Positions 21,543 to 31,158 of a stretch of DNA of 64,000 bases are shown here, one piece after another. Each line of letters begins with the position of its first letter. Positions within the stretch are counted from its first letter, which is position 1. The notes beneath the pieces are model-generated. The model had not been told where the DNA came from and searched no databases. It saw nothing but the letters and a program-made list of their open reading frames with translations. The stretch is taken from the NCBI GenBank assembly GCA_964475905.1, contig CAYYXX010000001.1, positions 2,989 to 66,988 of the forward strand, written 5' to 3'. The position numbers and the translations under genes were made by a program. The DNA comes from an uncultured Clostridium sp. (GTDB lineage: Bacteria; Bacillota_I; Bacilli_A; RF39; UBA660).

Positions 21543-22262
21543 CTACAAAATTGGTTTAACATTACTATGATCTTCTGCTAATCTAACAAGTCTAGGAATA
21601 ATAGTATCATATACTCTCTCCTTAAAGAACCCTTTAATACTTTCTATTACTTCAATACCAAGATTAGTATTAGAAAACATAGTAAGAAGAACCCCCTCAA
21701 TATCTAAATTAGGATTAACTTTTCTTTGTGCCAACATAATAGTATTAATAAGCTGCATAATACCCTCAAGAGCAAAATATTCACACTGTACTGGAATAAG
21801 AACAGAATCAGAAGCGGCAAGTGCATTAGTCGTTAAAATACCAAGACTAGGAGGACAATCAATTAAAATAAAATCATAATTATCTTTGACTAGTCCAAGT
21901 TCTTCTTTTAACCTAACCACTCTATTAAACTTTTCTCCAGTTTCTTTAGCCTTTCTTTCTAATTCAATTAATTCCATATCAACCCCCGCTAAATTAAGAT
22001 AAGCAGGTAGTAAATAAAGATTTTTACTCTTAGTTTTTATAATAGAATTTTCGATAGTTTCTTTTTTAGTTAAAACTTCATAAACACTACTAGATATATC
22101 ACTCTTATCAACTCCAACTCCAGTAGTAGCATTCCCCTGTGGATCAAGATCAACAAGTAATACTTTCTTATTTAATACTCCTAAAGAAGCTGATAAATTT
22201 ATACTGGTAGTAGTTTTCCCAACTCCACCCTTTTGATTTACAATTGCTATAATTTTTCCCAT
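21543..22262 (-). CDS. parA: chromosome partitioning ATPase ParA/Soj
   Basis: Deviant Walker A KGGVGKTT. Start moved to MGKIIAIVNQ (RBS AAGGTGA). Confidence 0.9.
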   Translation of the reverse strand: MGKIIAIVNQKGGVGKTTTSINLSASLGVLNKKVLLVDLDPQGNATTGVGVDKSDISSSVYEVLTKKETIENSIIKTKSKNLYLLPAYLNLAGVDMELIELERKAKETGEKFNRVVRLKEELGLVKDNYDFILIDCPPSLGILTTNALAASDSVLIPVQCEYFALEGIMQLINTIMLAQRKVNPNLDIEGVLLTMFSNTNLGIEVIESIKGFFKERVYDTIIPRLVRLAEDHSNVKPIL

Positions 22263-22428
22263 CTGTTTCACCTTAATTTTCCTCATATATATTGTACCAA
22301 AAAAAAATAAAAAAAGAAAGTGATTTTTGTATATTTTCTTATTTACCAAACAACTGTATTATTTTATACTAAAACTAAATACTAAGTAAAGCACCTATAC
22401 TGAAAGTATAAAAAAACGCCAAAAATCC

Positions 22429-22457
22429 TTGACATAATCAAAATAAAAATATATAAT
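22429..22457 (+). promoter_or_regulatory. sigma-A promoter for rpmH-rnpA (TTGACA - 17 nt - TATAAT)
   Basis: Perfect consensus hexamers with 17-nt spacing, about 35 nt upstream of the rpmH ATG. Confidence 0.55.
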
Positions 22458-22490
22458 AAAATAGCATTTGACTTGGAGGTGTATTGTATA

Positions 22491-22613
22491 ATGAAAAGAA
22501 CATATCAACCTAATAATAGAAAAAAAGCTAAAAAGCACGGTTTCTTTAGTAGAATAAAAGGTAATGTTTTAAAAAATAGAAGAGCAAAAAAAAGAAAAAA
22601 ATTATGTGCTTAA
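22491..22613 (+). CDS. rpmH: 50S ribosomal protein L34
   Basis: [40 protein letters not shown]; RBS GGAGGTG; not in the track because it is under 60 aa. Confidence 0.9.
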   Translation: MKRTYQPNNRKKAKKHGFFSRIKGNVLKNRRAKKRKKLCA

Positions 22614-22659
22614 AAACATAATTTTATTTTCTTTTTTTCTTTTTATAATTAGAGGTATT

Positions 22660-22998
22660 ATGAAAAAAATAGAAATAATAAAATCATCACAAGAGTATAC
22701 TGAAATAATAAATACAAATAAATCCAAAAAAAGTAAATATTTTAGTATATATTATAGAAAAAACAATAAAGACAATAGATATGGAATAACCATACCTAAA
22801 AAAACAGGAAAAGCTGTAATAAGAAATAAAATAAAAAGAAGGATAAAAAACATTATTGATAACAATAAAAAAATCGTGTATAATGGTTATGACTATGTTA
22901 TAATTGTTAAGAAAGGAATATTAGAATTAACATATGAAGAAATAGAAAAAGAATTGTTAAAACTAATAAGTATAGGTGATAAATGTGAAAAAAAGTAA
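22660..22998 (+). CDS. rnpA: RNase P protein component
   Basis: Basic protein of about 112 aa directly downstream of rpmH; start at MKKIEII with RBS AGAGG. Confidence 0.85.
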   Translation: MKKIEIIKSSQEYTEIINTNKSKKSKYFSIYYRKNNKDNRYGITIPKKTGKAVIRNKIKRRIKNIIDNNKKIVYNGYDYVIIVKKGILELTYEEIEKELLKLISIGDKCEKK

Positions 22999-23935
22999 AA
23001 AAGTACTAAAAATACTACTACTAATAATGATGATAGTAGTATCAACAGGTTGTACTAAAATACTAACAGATGAAAATAAAAAAGCCGTAAAATATGAAGA
23101 AACAGGAAAAACATTAACAGAAAATGTATTATGTAAACCAACAGATGAAAAAGTCGTAAAACTATATAAAGAAAACAATGTAGATGTTGATAAATTACCA
23201 TCATGCGAGTCATTCAAACCATTTGAAGAATATGAAGGACTATGGACTACAATATTCGTAAAACCATTAGCTTGGGTAATCATAAATATAGGAATTCTTT
23301 TAGAAAAAATAAATATAAGTAAAGGAATAGCCAATGGCTTAGCTATAGTAATATCATGTTTAATAATAAGATTAGTACTATATCCATTTACTAAGAAGAC
23401 TGCTATGCAATCAGAAAAGCTAAAAGAAGTTCAACCCCAATTAGAAAAATTAGAAAAGAAATATAAAGATAAAAATAGTGAAGAAGATCAAAGAAAAAAA
23501 GCCGAAGAAATGATGGCTATATATAGCAAAAATAAAATAAATCCACTATCAAGTTGTCTTCTATCATTTATTCAAATACCACTACTATTTGCCTTTTTAG
23601 AAGCCATAAATAGAACTCCCGTAATATTTGAAAATAAATTTCTAAAATTAGATATGGGAACAACTATATCCCATGGTATAATGTCTAATCTTTGGTACAT
23701 ATATCTATTATTCTTAATAATTATATTAGGAACATCATATTTATCATTTAGAAAAACATTAAAAGATCAAACAGCAATGCAAGCTCAAATGAAAGGAACA
23801 ATATATTTTATGTTAGCAATGATTTTAGTAGCATCATTTAGCTTACCAGTAGCCCTAGGAATTTATTGGATAACTTCATCACTATTTACCATAGCACAAA
23901 ATATATTAGTTGAAAGAAAGAAGGTAAAGAAGTAA
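22985..23935 (+). CDS. yidC: membrane protein insertase YidC (lipoprotein type)
   Basis: Lipobox VSTGC signal and a 5-TM YidC core. Start is GTG at 22985 (RBS AGGTGA plus 6 nt) or GTG at 22976; uncertain. Confidence 0.8.
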   Translation: MKKSKKVLKILLLIMMIVVSTGCTKILTDENKKAVKYEETGKTLTENVLCKPTDEKVVKLYKENNVDVDKLPSCESFKPFEEYEGLWTTIFVKPLAWVIINIGILLEKINISKGIANGLAIVISCLIIRLVLYPFTKKTAMQSEKLKEVQPQLEKLEKKYKDKNSEEDQRKKAEEMMAIYSKNKINPLSSCLLSFIQIPLLFAFLEAINRTPVIFENKFLKLDMGTTISHGIMSNLWYIYLLFLIIILGTSYLSFRKTLKDQTAMQAQMKGTIYFMLAMILVASFSLPVALGIYWITSSLFTIAQNILVERKKVKK

Positions 23936-24543
23936 TGAATAAGTATTATTATGAAGGAAAAACATACCAGCAGGCTATAGACTTAGCTATAGAAGAATTA
24001 AAAATATCTGAAGAAGATTTAATAATAAATAAAGTAGAAGAAAAAAATAATCTATTAAAAAAGGCTGTATTAATAGAAGTATATAATATAAATGAAATAA
24101 TATCATTCATAAAAGAAACAATAAATGAAATTACTAAGAGAATGAATGCTGAATCCAATCTTGAAGTAAGAAGAAGAGAAGAAAATATATCAGTAACAAT
24201 TTTTTCCAGTAATAATGCAATACTAATAGGTAAAAATGGAAAAAATATATCTGCTATGCAATTATTAATAAGACAAATGGTTAATTCAAAATTAAATAAA
24301 CCAATATCAATAATAATAGATGTAGGAAATTATAAAGAAAAAAGAGCTAAAAATATAGAATATTTAGCTAAAAAATTAGCTCATGAAGCATATAAAACTA
24401 AAACAGAAATAACAATGGATAGTATGAATTCATATGAAAGAAGAATTGTTCATTCAGTATTAGCAGATGATAAATATGTCTATACTGAGTCAGTAGGAGA
24501 AGAGCCAAATAGACGCGTAGTAATAAAATTAAAAGAAAGTTAA
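23935..24543 (+). CDS. jag: Jag/KhpB RNA-binding protein (KH plus R3H domains)
   Basis: C-terminal R3H (SYERRIVH); conserved yidC-jag-mnmE synteny. Confidence 0.8.
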   Translation: MNKYYYEGKTYQQAIDLAIEELKISEEDLIINKVEEKNNLLKKAVLIEVYNINEIISFIKETINEITKRMNAESNLEVRRREENISVTIFSSNNAILIGKNGKNISAMQLLIRQMVNSKLNKPISIIIDVGNYKEKRAKNIEYLAKKLAHEAYKTKTEITMDSMNSYERRIVHSVLADDKYVYTESVGEEPNRRVVIKLKES

Positions 24544-24609
24544 TAACAATAAATACTTTCTTTTTTTGTTCACACCTAGCCTTAAACAAGTTTAAGTCTT
24601 GCTGTGTAA

Positions 24610-24639
24610 TTTAGAGCCTATATAAATATAGTCTCTAAA
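24610..24639. repeat. hairpin repeat: same stem (tttagag/ctctaaa) as the 13169-13192 element but with a different loop
   Basis: tttagag-cctatataaatatagt-ctctaaa; preceded by the cttaaac-aa-gtttaag hairpin at 24581-24596. Confidence 0.45.
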
Positions 24640-24777
24640 TTATGTCCCTATGGACCTATTATATATAAGCCAAGCATTAGCAGTTGACATAAATTTTAAT
24701 TCATATTATCAAAATAAAATGACAAAATCATTATATTGTGATAAAATACTAAGGAATGAAGAAAGAAGGTGTATACC

Positions 24778-26124
24778 ATGGAAGATACAATTATAGCAAT
24801 AGCAAGTTCAAGTGCTGTAGGAGCAATATCAATAATAAGAATAAGTGGAAATGAAGCAATAAATATAGCTAATAAATTATTTACAAAAGACTTAACAAAA
24901 GTAAAAACTCATACTATACATTACGGCTTTATTAAAGATAAAGAAGAAAAAATAGATGAAGTACTATTAACAGTAATGAAATCGCCTAAAACATTTACTA
25001 AAGAAGATGTTGTAGAAATAAATTGTCATGGAGGAATAGCCACTACTAACAAAGTATTAGAACTATTACTAGCCCAAGGAGCAAGATTAGCAGAACCAGG
25101 AGAATTTACTAAAAGAGCATTCTTAAATGGTAGAATAGACTTATTAGAAGCAGAAGCTACAATGGATTTAATATCATCAAAAGCCGAATCAGCAAGAAAA
25201 ATATCAATGAATACATTAACAGGAGAAACATCAAACTTAATAAAAGAATTAAGACAAGAATTAATCCAAATAATAAGTAATATAGAAGTAAATATTGATT
25301 ATCCAGAATATGAAGATATAGAAGTATTAACAATAAATAATATTTTACCCAACATAAAGAAATTTAAAATTAAATTAGAAGAAATAATCAAGAAATCAGA
25401 AGATAGTAGGGTAGTAAAAGAAGGCTTAAAAGTAGGAATAATAGGAAAACCAAATGTAGGAAAAAGTAGTCTCTTAAATTCTTTATTAGAAGAAGAAAAA
25501 GCAATAGTTACAAATATTCCGGGGACAACAAGAGACATAGTAGAGGGTTCATTAATATTATCAGGTACTACACTAAATATAATAGATACCGCAGGAATAA
25601 GAAAGACAAAAGACACAGTAGAAATGCTAGGAGTAGAAAAAAGCCTAAAAACAATAGAAACATCAGATCTAGTAATATATATATTAAATAATAATGAAAA
25701 ATTATCCAAAGAAGAAAAAGAATTACTAGAAAAAATAAAAGATAAAAAGAAAATAATAGTAATAAATAAAATAGATTTAGAAAGTAAACTAGATAAAAGT
25801 CAATTAGAAAACTATATAGAAATATCAGTCAAAGAGAAAAAAGGAATAGAAAACATCAAAGAAGAAATAAAAAGATTGTTCAATATAGGAGAAATAACTT
25901 CAGCAGATATAACATATCTATCAAATGCCCGAAGTATTGCATTACTAAAAAAAGCACTATCTAACATAAATGAATCAATAAAAGAAATAGATAAAGAAAG
26001 TCCAATAGATATAGTAGAATTATCCCTAAAAGAAGCTTGGAATAATTTAGGACAAATAATAGGAGAAACATATACAGAAGAATTACTAGATGAATTATTT
26101 AGTAGATTTTGTTTAGGAAAGTAG
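24778..26124 (+). CDS. mnmE: tRNA modification GTPase MnmE
   Basis: G-domain GKPNVGKSS...DTAG and C-terminal CLGK; RBS AGGTG 11 nt upstream of the fourth-codon ATG. Confidence 0.9.
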   Translation: MEDTIIAIASSSAVGAISIIRISGNEAINIANKLFTKDLTKVKTHTIHYGFIKDKEEKIDEVLLTVMKSPKTFTKEDVVEINCHGGIATTNKVLELLLAQGARLAEPGEFTKRAFLNGRIDLLEAEATMDLISSKAESARKISMNTLTGETSNLIKELRQELIQIISNIEVNIDYPEYEDIEVLTINNILPNIKKFKIKLEEIIKKSEDSRVVKEGLKVGIIGKPNVGKSSLLNSLLEEEKAIVTNIPGTTRDIVEGSLILSGTTLNIIDTAGIRKTKDTVEMLGVEKSLKTIETSDLVIYILNNNEKLSKEEKELLEKIKDKKKIIVINKIDLESKLDKSQLENYIEISVKEKKGIENIKEEIKRLFNIGEITSADITYLSNARSIALLKKALSNINESIKEIDKESPIDIVELSLKEAWNNLGQIIGETYTEELLDELFSRFCLGK

Positions 26125-26132
26125 GTGAAAAA

Positions 26133-27971
26133 ATGAATTATGAAATAATAGTAGTAGGAGGAGGACACGCAGGATGCGAATCCGCTATAGCATCCGCTCG
26201 TAAAGGTCATAAAACACTATTAATAACAGGAAGAATAAACAACATTGCTACAATGCCATGTAACCCATCAATAGGAGGATCTGCTAAAGGTATAATAGTA
26301 AGAGAAATAGATGCCCTAGGAGGAGTAATGGGTGAAGTAGCAGATAAAACATTAATCCAAATGAAAATGCTAAATTATGCCAAAGGTCCCGCTGTAAAAT
26401 CCTTAAGAGCCCAAGCAGATAAAATAACATATCCCAAAGAAATGTTAAAACTATTACAAGAAGAATCAAATTTAACTATCAAAGAAGCAATGGTAGAAGA
26501 TCTAATAGTAGAAAATAATACTGTATATGGAGTAATATTAGCAGATAAAACAAAAATAACTTCACAAATAGTAATACTAACAACAGGAACATATTTAAAA
26601 TCAGATATCTTAATCGGAGACACTAGAACAAGAAGTGGACCACATGACGAAAAACCATCCATGTACTTATCAGATAACTTAAAAAAATATGGATTTCAAA
26701 TACTAAGACTAAAGACAGGAACACCACCAAGAATCGACAGGAGTACAATAGATTTTACAAAATGTAAAAAAGAAGATGGAGCTAAAGAATACTATACATT
26801 TTCCCATACAAATTTACCAATATATGATGTAAATAATCAAGAACCCTGCTACCTAATATATACAACTGAAGAGACAAAAAAAATAATTCTAGATAATCTA
26901 AATAAATCAAGTATGTATGGAGGCCTAAATGATATAACAGGAGTAGGTCCAAGATATTGTCCCTCAATCGAAGACAAAATAGTAAGATTCAGCGACAAAG
27001 AAAAACATCAGCTATTCCTAGAACCAGAAAGTCTATATTATGATGATATTTATTTACAAGGATTCTCAACTAGTATGCCAAAAGAAATACAAGAAAAAAT
27101 GGTTCATTCACTACCGGGATTAGAAAAAGCTAAAATATTAAAATACGCCTACGCTATCGAATATGATGCCATCTATCCAACACAAGTAAAACCAAGTTTA
27201 GAGACAAAAATAATAAATAATCTTTTTACCGCCGGCCAAATAAACGGCACAAGTGGCTATGAAGAGGCTGCTTGTCAAGGATTAATCGCAGGTATTAATG
27301 CCAGTTTAAAATTAGAAAATAAAGAGCCCCTAATCCTAAAGAGAAACGAAGCCTATATAGGAGTATTAATAGATGATTTAGTAACCAAAGGAACAAAAGA
27401 GCCCTATAGAATGCTAACATCACGAGCAGAATACCGCCTATTATTAAGACATGACAACTCTGATTTAAGACTAAGAGAATACGGCTACCAAGTAGGTCTA
27501 ATAAAAGATGAAAAATATAAAAAATTCTTAGAAAAGAAAAAAAATATTGAAGAATTAAAAAATAAATTACAAGAAACAAAAATAATTGTAAATAATGAAA
27601 AAAGAAAAGTAAAGCTAAGTATATATGAATATCTAAAAAATCCCTCAGCAGACATATTCAATATAATAGAAGAATACAATTTAAAATTAGATTATCCCCA
27701 AGATGTAATAGAAGAAGTAGAAATACAAATAAAATATGAAGGATACCTAAAAAAAGTAGAAAGAGAAGCAGAGAAAATGTTAAAAAACGAAGAAAAACAA
27801 ATACCAGCAGATATAAACTATGATAATATTCCTAATTTAGCAAGCGAAGCAAGACAAAAATTAAAAGAAATAAAACCTCTTACTATAGCTCAAGCAACTA
27901 GAATAAGTGGAGTAAACCCCTCAGATATATCAATTTTACTAGTATATTTAAGGAAAAAATATAATGAATAG
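26133..27971 (+). CDS. mnmG: tRNA uridine-5-carboxymethylaminomethyl modification enzyme MnmG (GidA)
   Basis: FAD-binding VVGGGHAGCE N-terminus; about 612 aa. Confidence 0.95.
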   Translation: MNYEIIVVGGGHAGCESAIASARKGHKTLLITGRINNIATMPCNPSIGGSAKGIIVREIDALGGVMGEVADKTLIQMKMLNYAKGPAVKSLRAQADKITYPKEMLKLLQEESNLTIKEAMVEDLIVENNTVYGVILADKTKITSQIVILTTGTYLKSDILIGDTRTRSGPHDEKPSMYLSDNLKKYGFQILRLKTGTPPRIDRSTIDFTKCKKEDGAKEYYTFSHTNLPIYDVNNQEPCYLIYTTEETKKIILDNLNKSSMYGGLNDITGVGPRYCPSIEDKIVRFSDKEKHQLFLEPESLYYDDIYLQGFSTSMPKEIQEKMVHSLPGLEKAKILKYAYAIEYDAIYPTQVKPSLETKIINNLFTAGQINGTSGYEEAACQGLIAGINASLKLENKEPLILKRNEAYIGVLIDDLVTKGTKEPYRMLTSRAEYRLLLRHDNSDLRLREYGYQVGLIKDEKYKKFLEKKKNIEELKNKLQETKIIVNNEKRKVKLSIYEYLKNPSADIFNIIEEYNLKLDYPQDVIEEVEIQIKYEGYLKKVEREAEKMLKNEEKQIPADINYDNIPNLASEARQKLKEIKPLTIAQATRISGVNPSDISILLVYLRKKYNE

Positions 27972-28665
27972 AGAAACATTTATAAAAGAATTAATAAAAC
28001 TAAATATAAAATTGCAAGAAGAAGAGCTAAATAAGTTAGATGAATATTATAAGATTTTAAATGAAGAAAATCAGAAATATAATTTAACAAGAATAATAAA
28101 AGAAGAAGAGGTTTATTTAAAACATTTTTATGATAGTTTAACAATAATAAAAATAATAAATATAGAAAAGCAAAGTATATGTGATCTAGGTTCAGGAGCA
28201 GGCTTTCCAGGTCTAGTATTAGCTATATGTTTTCCCAATGTTACAGTAACACTAATCGAATCAAATAGAAAGAAATGCCTATTTTTATCTAAAGTAGTAG
28301 AAAAATTAGAACTAAATAATGTAAAAATAATAAATACAAGAATAGAAGAATATGCCAAAGAAAATAGAGAAATATTTGATATAGTAACAGCAAGAGCAGT
28401 AGCTCCCCTAAAACATTTATTAGAATATGGAATTCCATTAGTAAAAATAAATGGCTATTTTATAGCTATGAAAGGAAAAATAGAAACAGAAAATCAAAAT
28501 ATAACTAATTATTTTAATAAATTAAGTATAAAAGAAGTACAAAAAATAATCTTTACACTACCATATGAAGAAAGTACACGAACACTAATAAAATATCAAA
28601 AACTAGAAAAAACTAGCTCCAAATACCCAAGAAAATATAATGAAATACTAAAAAAAGATATATAA
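27964..28665 (+). CDS. rsmG: 16S rRNA (guanine527-N7)-methyltransferase RsmG
   Basis: SAM-binding DLGSGAGFPG. Confidence 0.9.
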   Translation: MNRETFIKELIKLNIKLQEEELNKLDEYYKILNEENQKYNLTRIIKEEEVYLKHFYDSLTIIKIINIEKQSICDLGSGAGFPGLVLAICFPNVTVTLIESNRKKCLFLSKVVEKLELNNVKIINTRIEEYAKENREIFDIVTARAVAPLKHLLEYGIPLVKINGYFIAMKGKIETENQNITNYFNKLSIKEVQKIIFTLPYEESTRTLIKYQKLEKTSSKYPRKYNEILKKDI

Positions 28666-28684
28666 TATAACTAACCATTTATTG

Positions 28685-28715
28685 CCACTTAAGTCTAAGG
28701 TCTTAAGTGGTTTTT
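28685..28715 (+). terminator. rho-independent terminator after rsmG with a TCTAAGGT loop (member of the CCTAAGGT-loop hairpin family)
   Basis: ccacttaag-tctaaggt-cttaagtgg then TTTTT. Confidence 0.65.
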
Positions 28716-28898
28716 GTAAGCCAAAAGTCTTACAAAAAAAACATTTTTATTCTGTAGTAGACCATAAAAAAATTAGTCAAAATAAATAAGTGCTTAACAT
28801 AAAATGACAAAAAACAAAAAAATCACTTGTAAAAAAGCAATTTTTATAGTATTATTGTATTAGAGTAGGAAAGAAGAAATTAAAGAGGGTGTATAACT

Positions 28899-29924
28899 AT
28901 GAAAATGAATAAAGAAGTAGTACTGGTAAGGCTTTCCGATATTATCCCAAATAGATTTCAACCAAGACTAACTTTTGACGAAGAAGCCTTAAACGAATTA
29001 GCAAATTCCATCAAAGAACATGGAATAATTCAACCATTAATTTTAAGAGATTTAGGTAGTAAATATGAAATAATAGCGGGAGAAAGAAGATATAAAGCCT
29101 CCTCAATTGCTGGATTATCAGAAGTTCCCGCAATAGTAGGAACTATGGATGATCAAACAAGTGCCGAATTAGCCTTAATAGAGAACATTCAAAGAAAAGA
29201 CCTGTCCGCTATTGAAGAAGCTAAATCATATAAAAAAATATTAGAAATGGGCAATTTTACTCAAGAAGAATTAGCCAAAAGAATGGGTAAAAGTCAATCT
29301 ACTATAGCAAATAAGATGAGACTATTATCTCTTACAAACGAAGTACAAGTAGCCCTAATGAATAATCTAATATCCGAAAGACACGCAAGATGCTTACTTC
29401 AAGTAAAAGAAGAAGAATTACAAAAACAAATTCTCAATAAAATAATTACTGAAAGAATAAATGTTCGAGATACAGATGAATACATAAAAAACTTACTTGG
29501 AATAGCTAAAGAAACTCCACTAGTACCAGAACAAGCTACTCCATCAATAGATTTATCTGCTCCTATAGATAATAATATAAATCCATTATATGAAAGTGAG
29601 AGCGAAAATCCTAATGTATATACACAAACATCAAATATAGATTTTGTTAATATTAATAATTTAGATCAAGAAATTGAAGAGCCCAAACAAGACCTTCCAA
29701 TAGAAACAATAGAAGAGGAAAGGAATGATAACCAAATGTTAAATGCCGAAGTATTACCCAAAGAACCTAAGCCAAACAATAACATAAATAAAATAAAATA
29801 TGCAACAGCCATTAAACTAGCAAAATCTACTGTAAAAGACATAAAAGAAGCCGGTTATCAAGTAACTTTAGAAGAAATAGATACAGCAAATGATTATCAA
29901 ATATTAATAAAAATACAAAAATAA
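28899..29924 (+). CDS. noc: ParB-family nucleoid occlusion protein (Noc-like) with a long low-complexity C-terminal tail
   Basis: ParB N-domain (IAGERRYKAS) plus HTH; sits in the noc position after rsmG; C-terminal ~140 aa are N/E/P-rich. Confidence 0.75.
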   Translation: MKMNKEVVLVRLSDIIPNRFQPRLTFDEEALNELANSIKEHGIIQPLILRDLGSKYEIIAGERRYKASSIAGLSEVPAIVGTMDDQTSAELALIENIQRKDLSAIEEAKSYKKILEMGNFTQEELAKRMGKSQSTIANKMRLLSLTNEVQVALMNNLISERHARCLLQVKEEELQKQILNKIITERINVRDTDEYIKNLLGIAKETPLVPEQATPSIDLSAPIDNNINPLYESESENPNVYTQTSNIDFVNINNLDQEIEEPKQDLPIETIEEERNDNQMLNAEVLPKEPKPNNNINKIKYATAIKLAKSTVKDIKEAGYQVTLEEIDTANDYQILIKIQK

Positions 29925-29977
29925 GAATAAAAAAATAAAATATCACTCATAATCAAAAAGAAAGGGTGATATTTTTT

Positions 29978-30499
29978 ATGAAAAAAATAATAATAATATT
30001 AACCATACTAACGACAATAACAATCTATAACGAAATACAAAAAAAAGAAATAATAATACCAAGTACAGCAATAAGACTAAGAGTAATACCAAACAGTAAT
30101 ACAATATTAGATCAAAATATGAAAAACAAAGTAAAAACATATTTAGAAGAAGATACTTATAATCTTTTAGAAAACATAGACAATATAGAAGAAGCAAGAA
30201 ACATAATAAATAACAACATAGATAATATAAATAATTCAATAAATACCATATTTAAAGAAAACAATTATAATATGAATTATAATTTAGATTTCGGATATAA
30301 CTATTTTCCAGAGAAAGAATACCGAGGTATAAAATATAAAGAAGGTTATTACGAATCCCTTGTTATAACAATAGGAGAAGGTGAAGGAGACAACTTCTGG
30401 TGTGTTTTGTTTCCTAATTTATGTCTAGTAGATCTAGAAAATAAAGAAGATACAGAATATAAATCATGGGTAATAGAAAAAATAAATAAAATATTTTAG
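29978..30499 (+). CDS. spoIIR: stage II sporulation protein R (SpoIIR)
   Basis: Signal peptide, IRLRVIPNSN and NFWCVLFPNLC motifs characteristic of SpoIIR. Confidence 0.7.
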   Translation: MKKIIIILTILTTITIYNEIQKKEIIIPSTAIRLRVIPNSNTILDQNMKNKVKTYLEEDTYNLLENIDNIEEARNIINNNIDNINNSINTIFKENNYNMNYNLDFGYNYFPEKEYRGIKYKEGYYESLVITIGEGEGDNFWCVLFPNLCLVDLENKEDTEYKSWVIEKINKIF

Positions 30500-30533
30500 A
30501 TAGCCAAACATATACTTATATAGGTGATAACAA

Positions 30534-31070
30534 TTGAAATTATTAACAATTATCATAATAGCAGTAAGCTTATCAATGGATGCCTTTTCTCTATCATTAA
30601 TATATGGAACCCAAGGAATAAAGAAAAACCACAAAATAATTTTATCCATAATAGTAGGAATATATCATTTTATAATGCCCCTACTAGGAGAAACACTAGG
30701 AAATATAATAACCAGTAAAATAATAATAAATACAAGCATCTTAGTAGGAGTAATCCTAAGTTTAATAGCACTAGAAATGATAATTTCCAGTTTTAAAGAA
30801 GAAAATAAAACATTCCTATTAACAATCCCCAGTTACTTAATGTTTGGACTATCCGTAAGTATAGATAGTTTTACAACAGGAATTGGACTCTCTCTAATAA
30901 CCAATAAATATATATTATCATCACTAATCTTTGCCATAACAAGCTTAATTTTTACATATTTAGGCTTAAATCTAGGTAACATATTAAACCAAAAATACGG
31001 TAAACTATCAACTAGATTTGGAGCTATTTTACTATTTATACTAGGAATAATATATATATTAAAAAAGTAA
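30534..31070 (+). CDS. mntP: MntP/YtaF-family (DUF204) membrane protein, putative Mn2+ efflux pump
   Basis: Duplicated SMDAF/SIDSF motifs across 6 TM helices. Confidence 0.6.
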   Translation: MKLLTIIIIAVSLSMDAFSLSLIYGTQGIKKNHKIILSIIVGIYHFIMPLLGETLGNIITSKIIINTSILVGVILSLIALEMIISSFKEENKTFLLTIPSYLMFGLSVSIDSFTTGIGLSLITNKYILSSLIFAITSLIFTYLGLNLGNILNQKYGKLSTRFGAILLFILGIIYILKK

Positions 31071-31158
31071 ATAATGTAAAATAAATTGTAAAAAAACCTA
31101 ATATCATTGACTAATACTCCTTAAAAGAATAAAATAAAGTAAGATGAAAGGAGTAACT

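Noticed and set aside
22263-22490. Looked for DnaA-box clusters (TTATNCACA) as oriC in the rpmH-parA spacer
   Set aside because: No convincing boxes by eye, only an AT-rich spacer with a consensus promoter. An origin is still suspected from the gene-strand switch, but it cannot be called as a feature.
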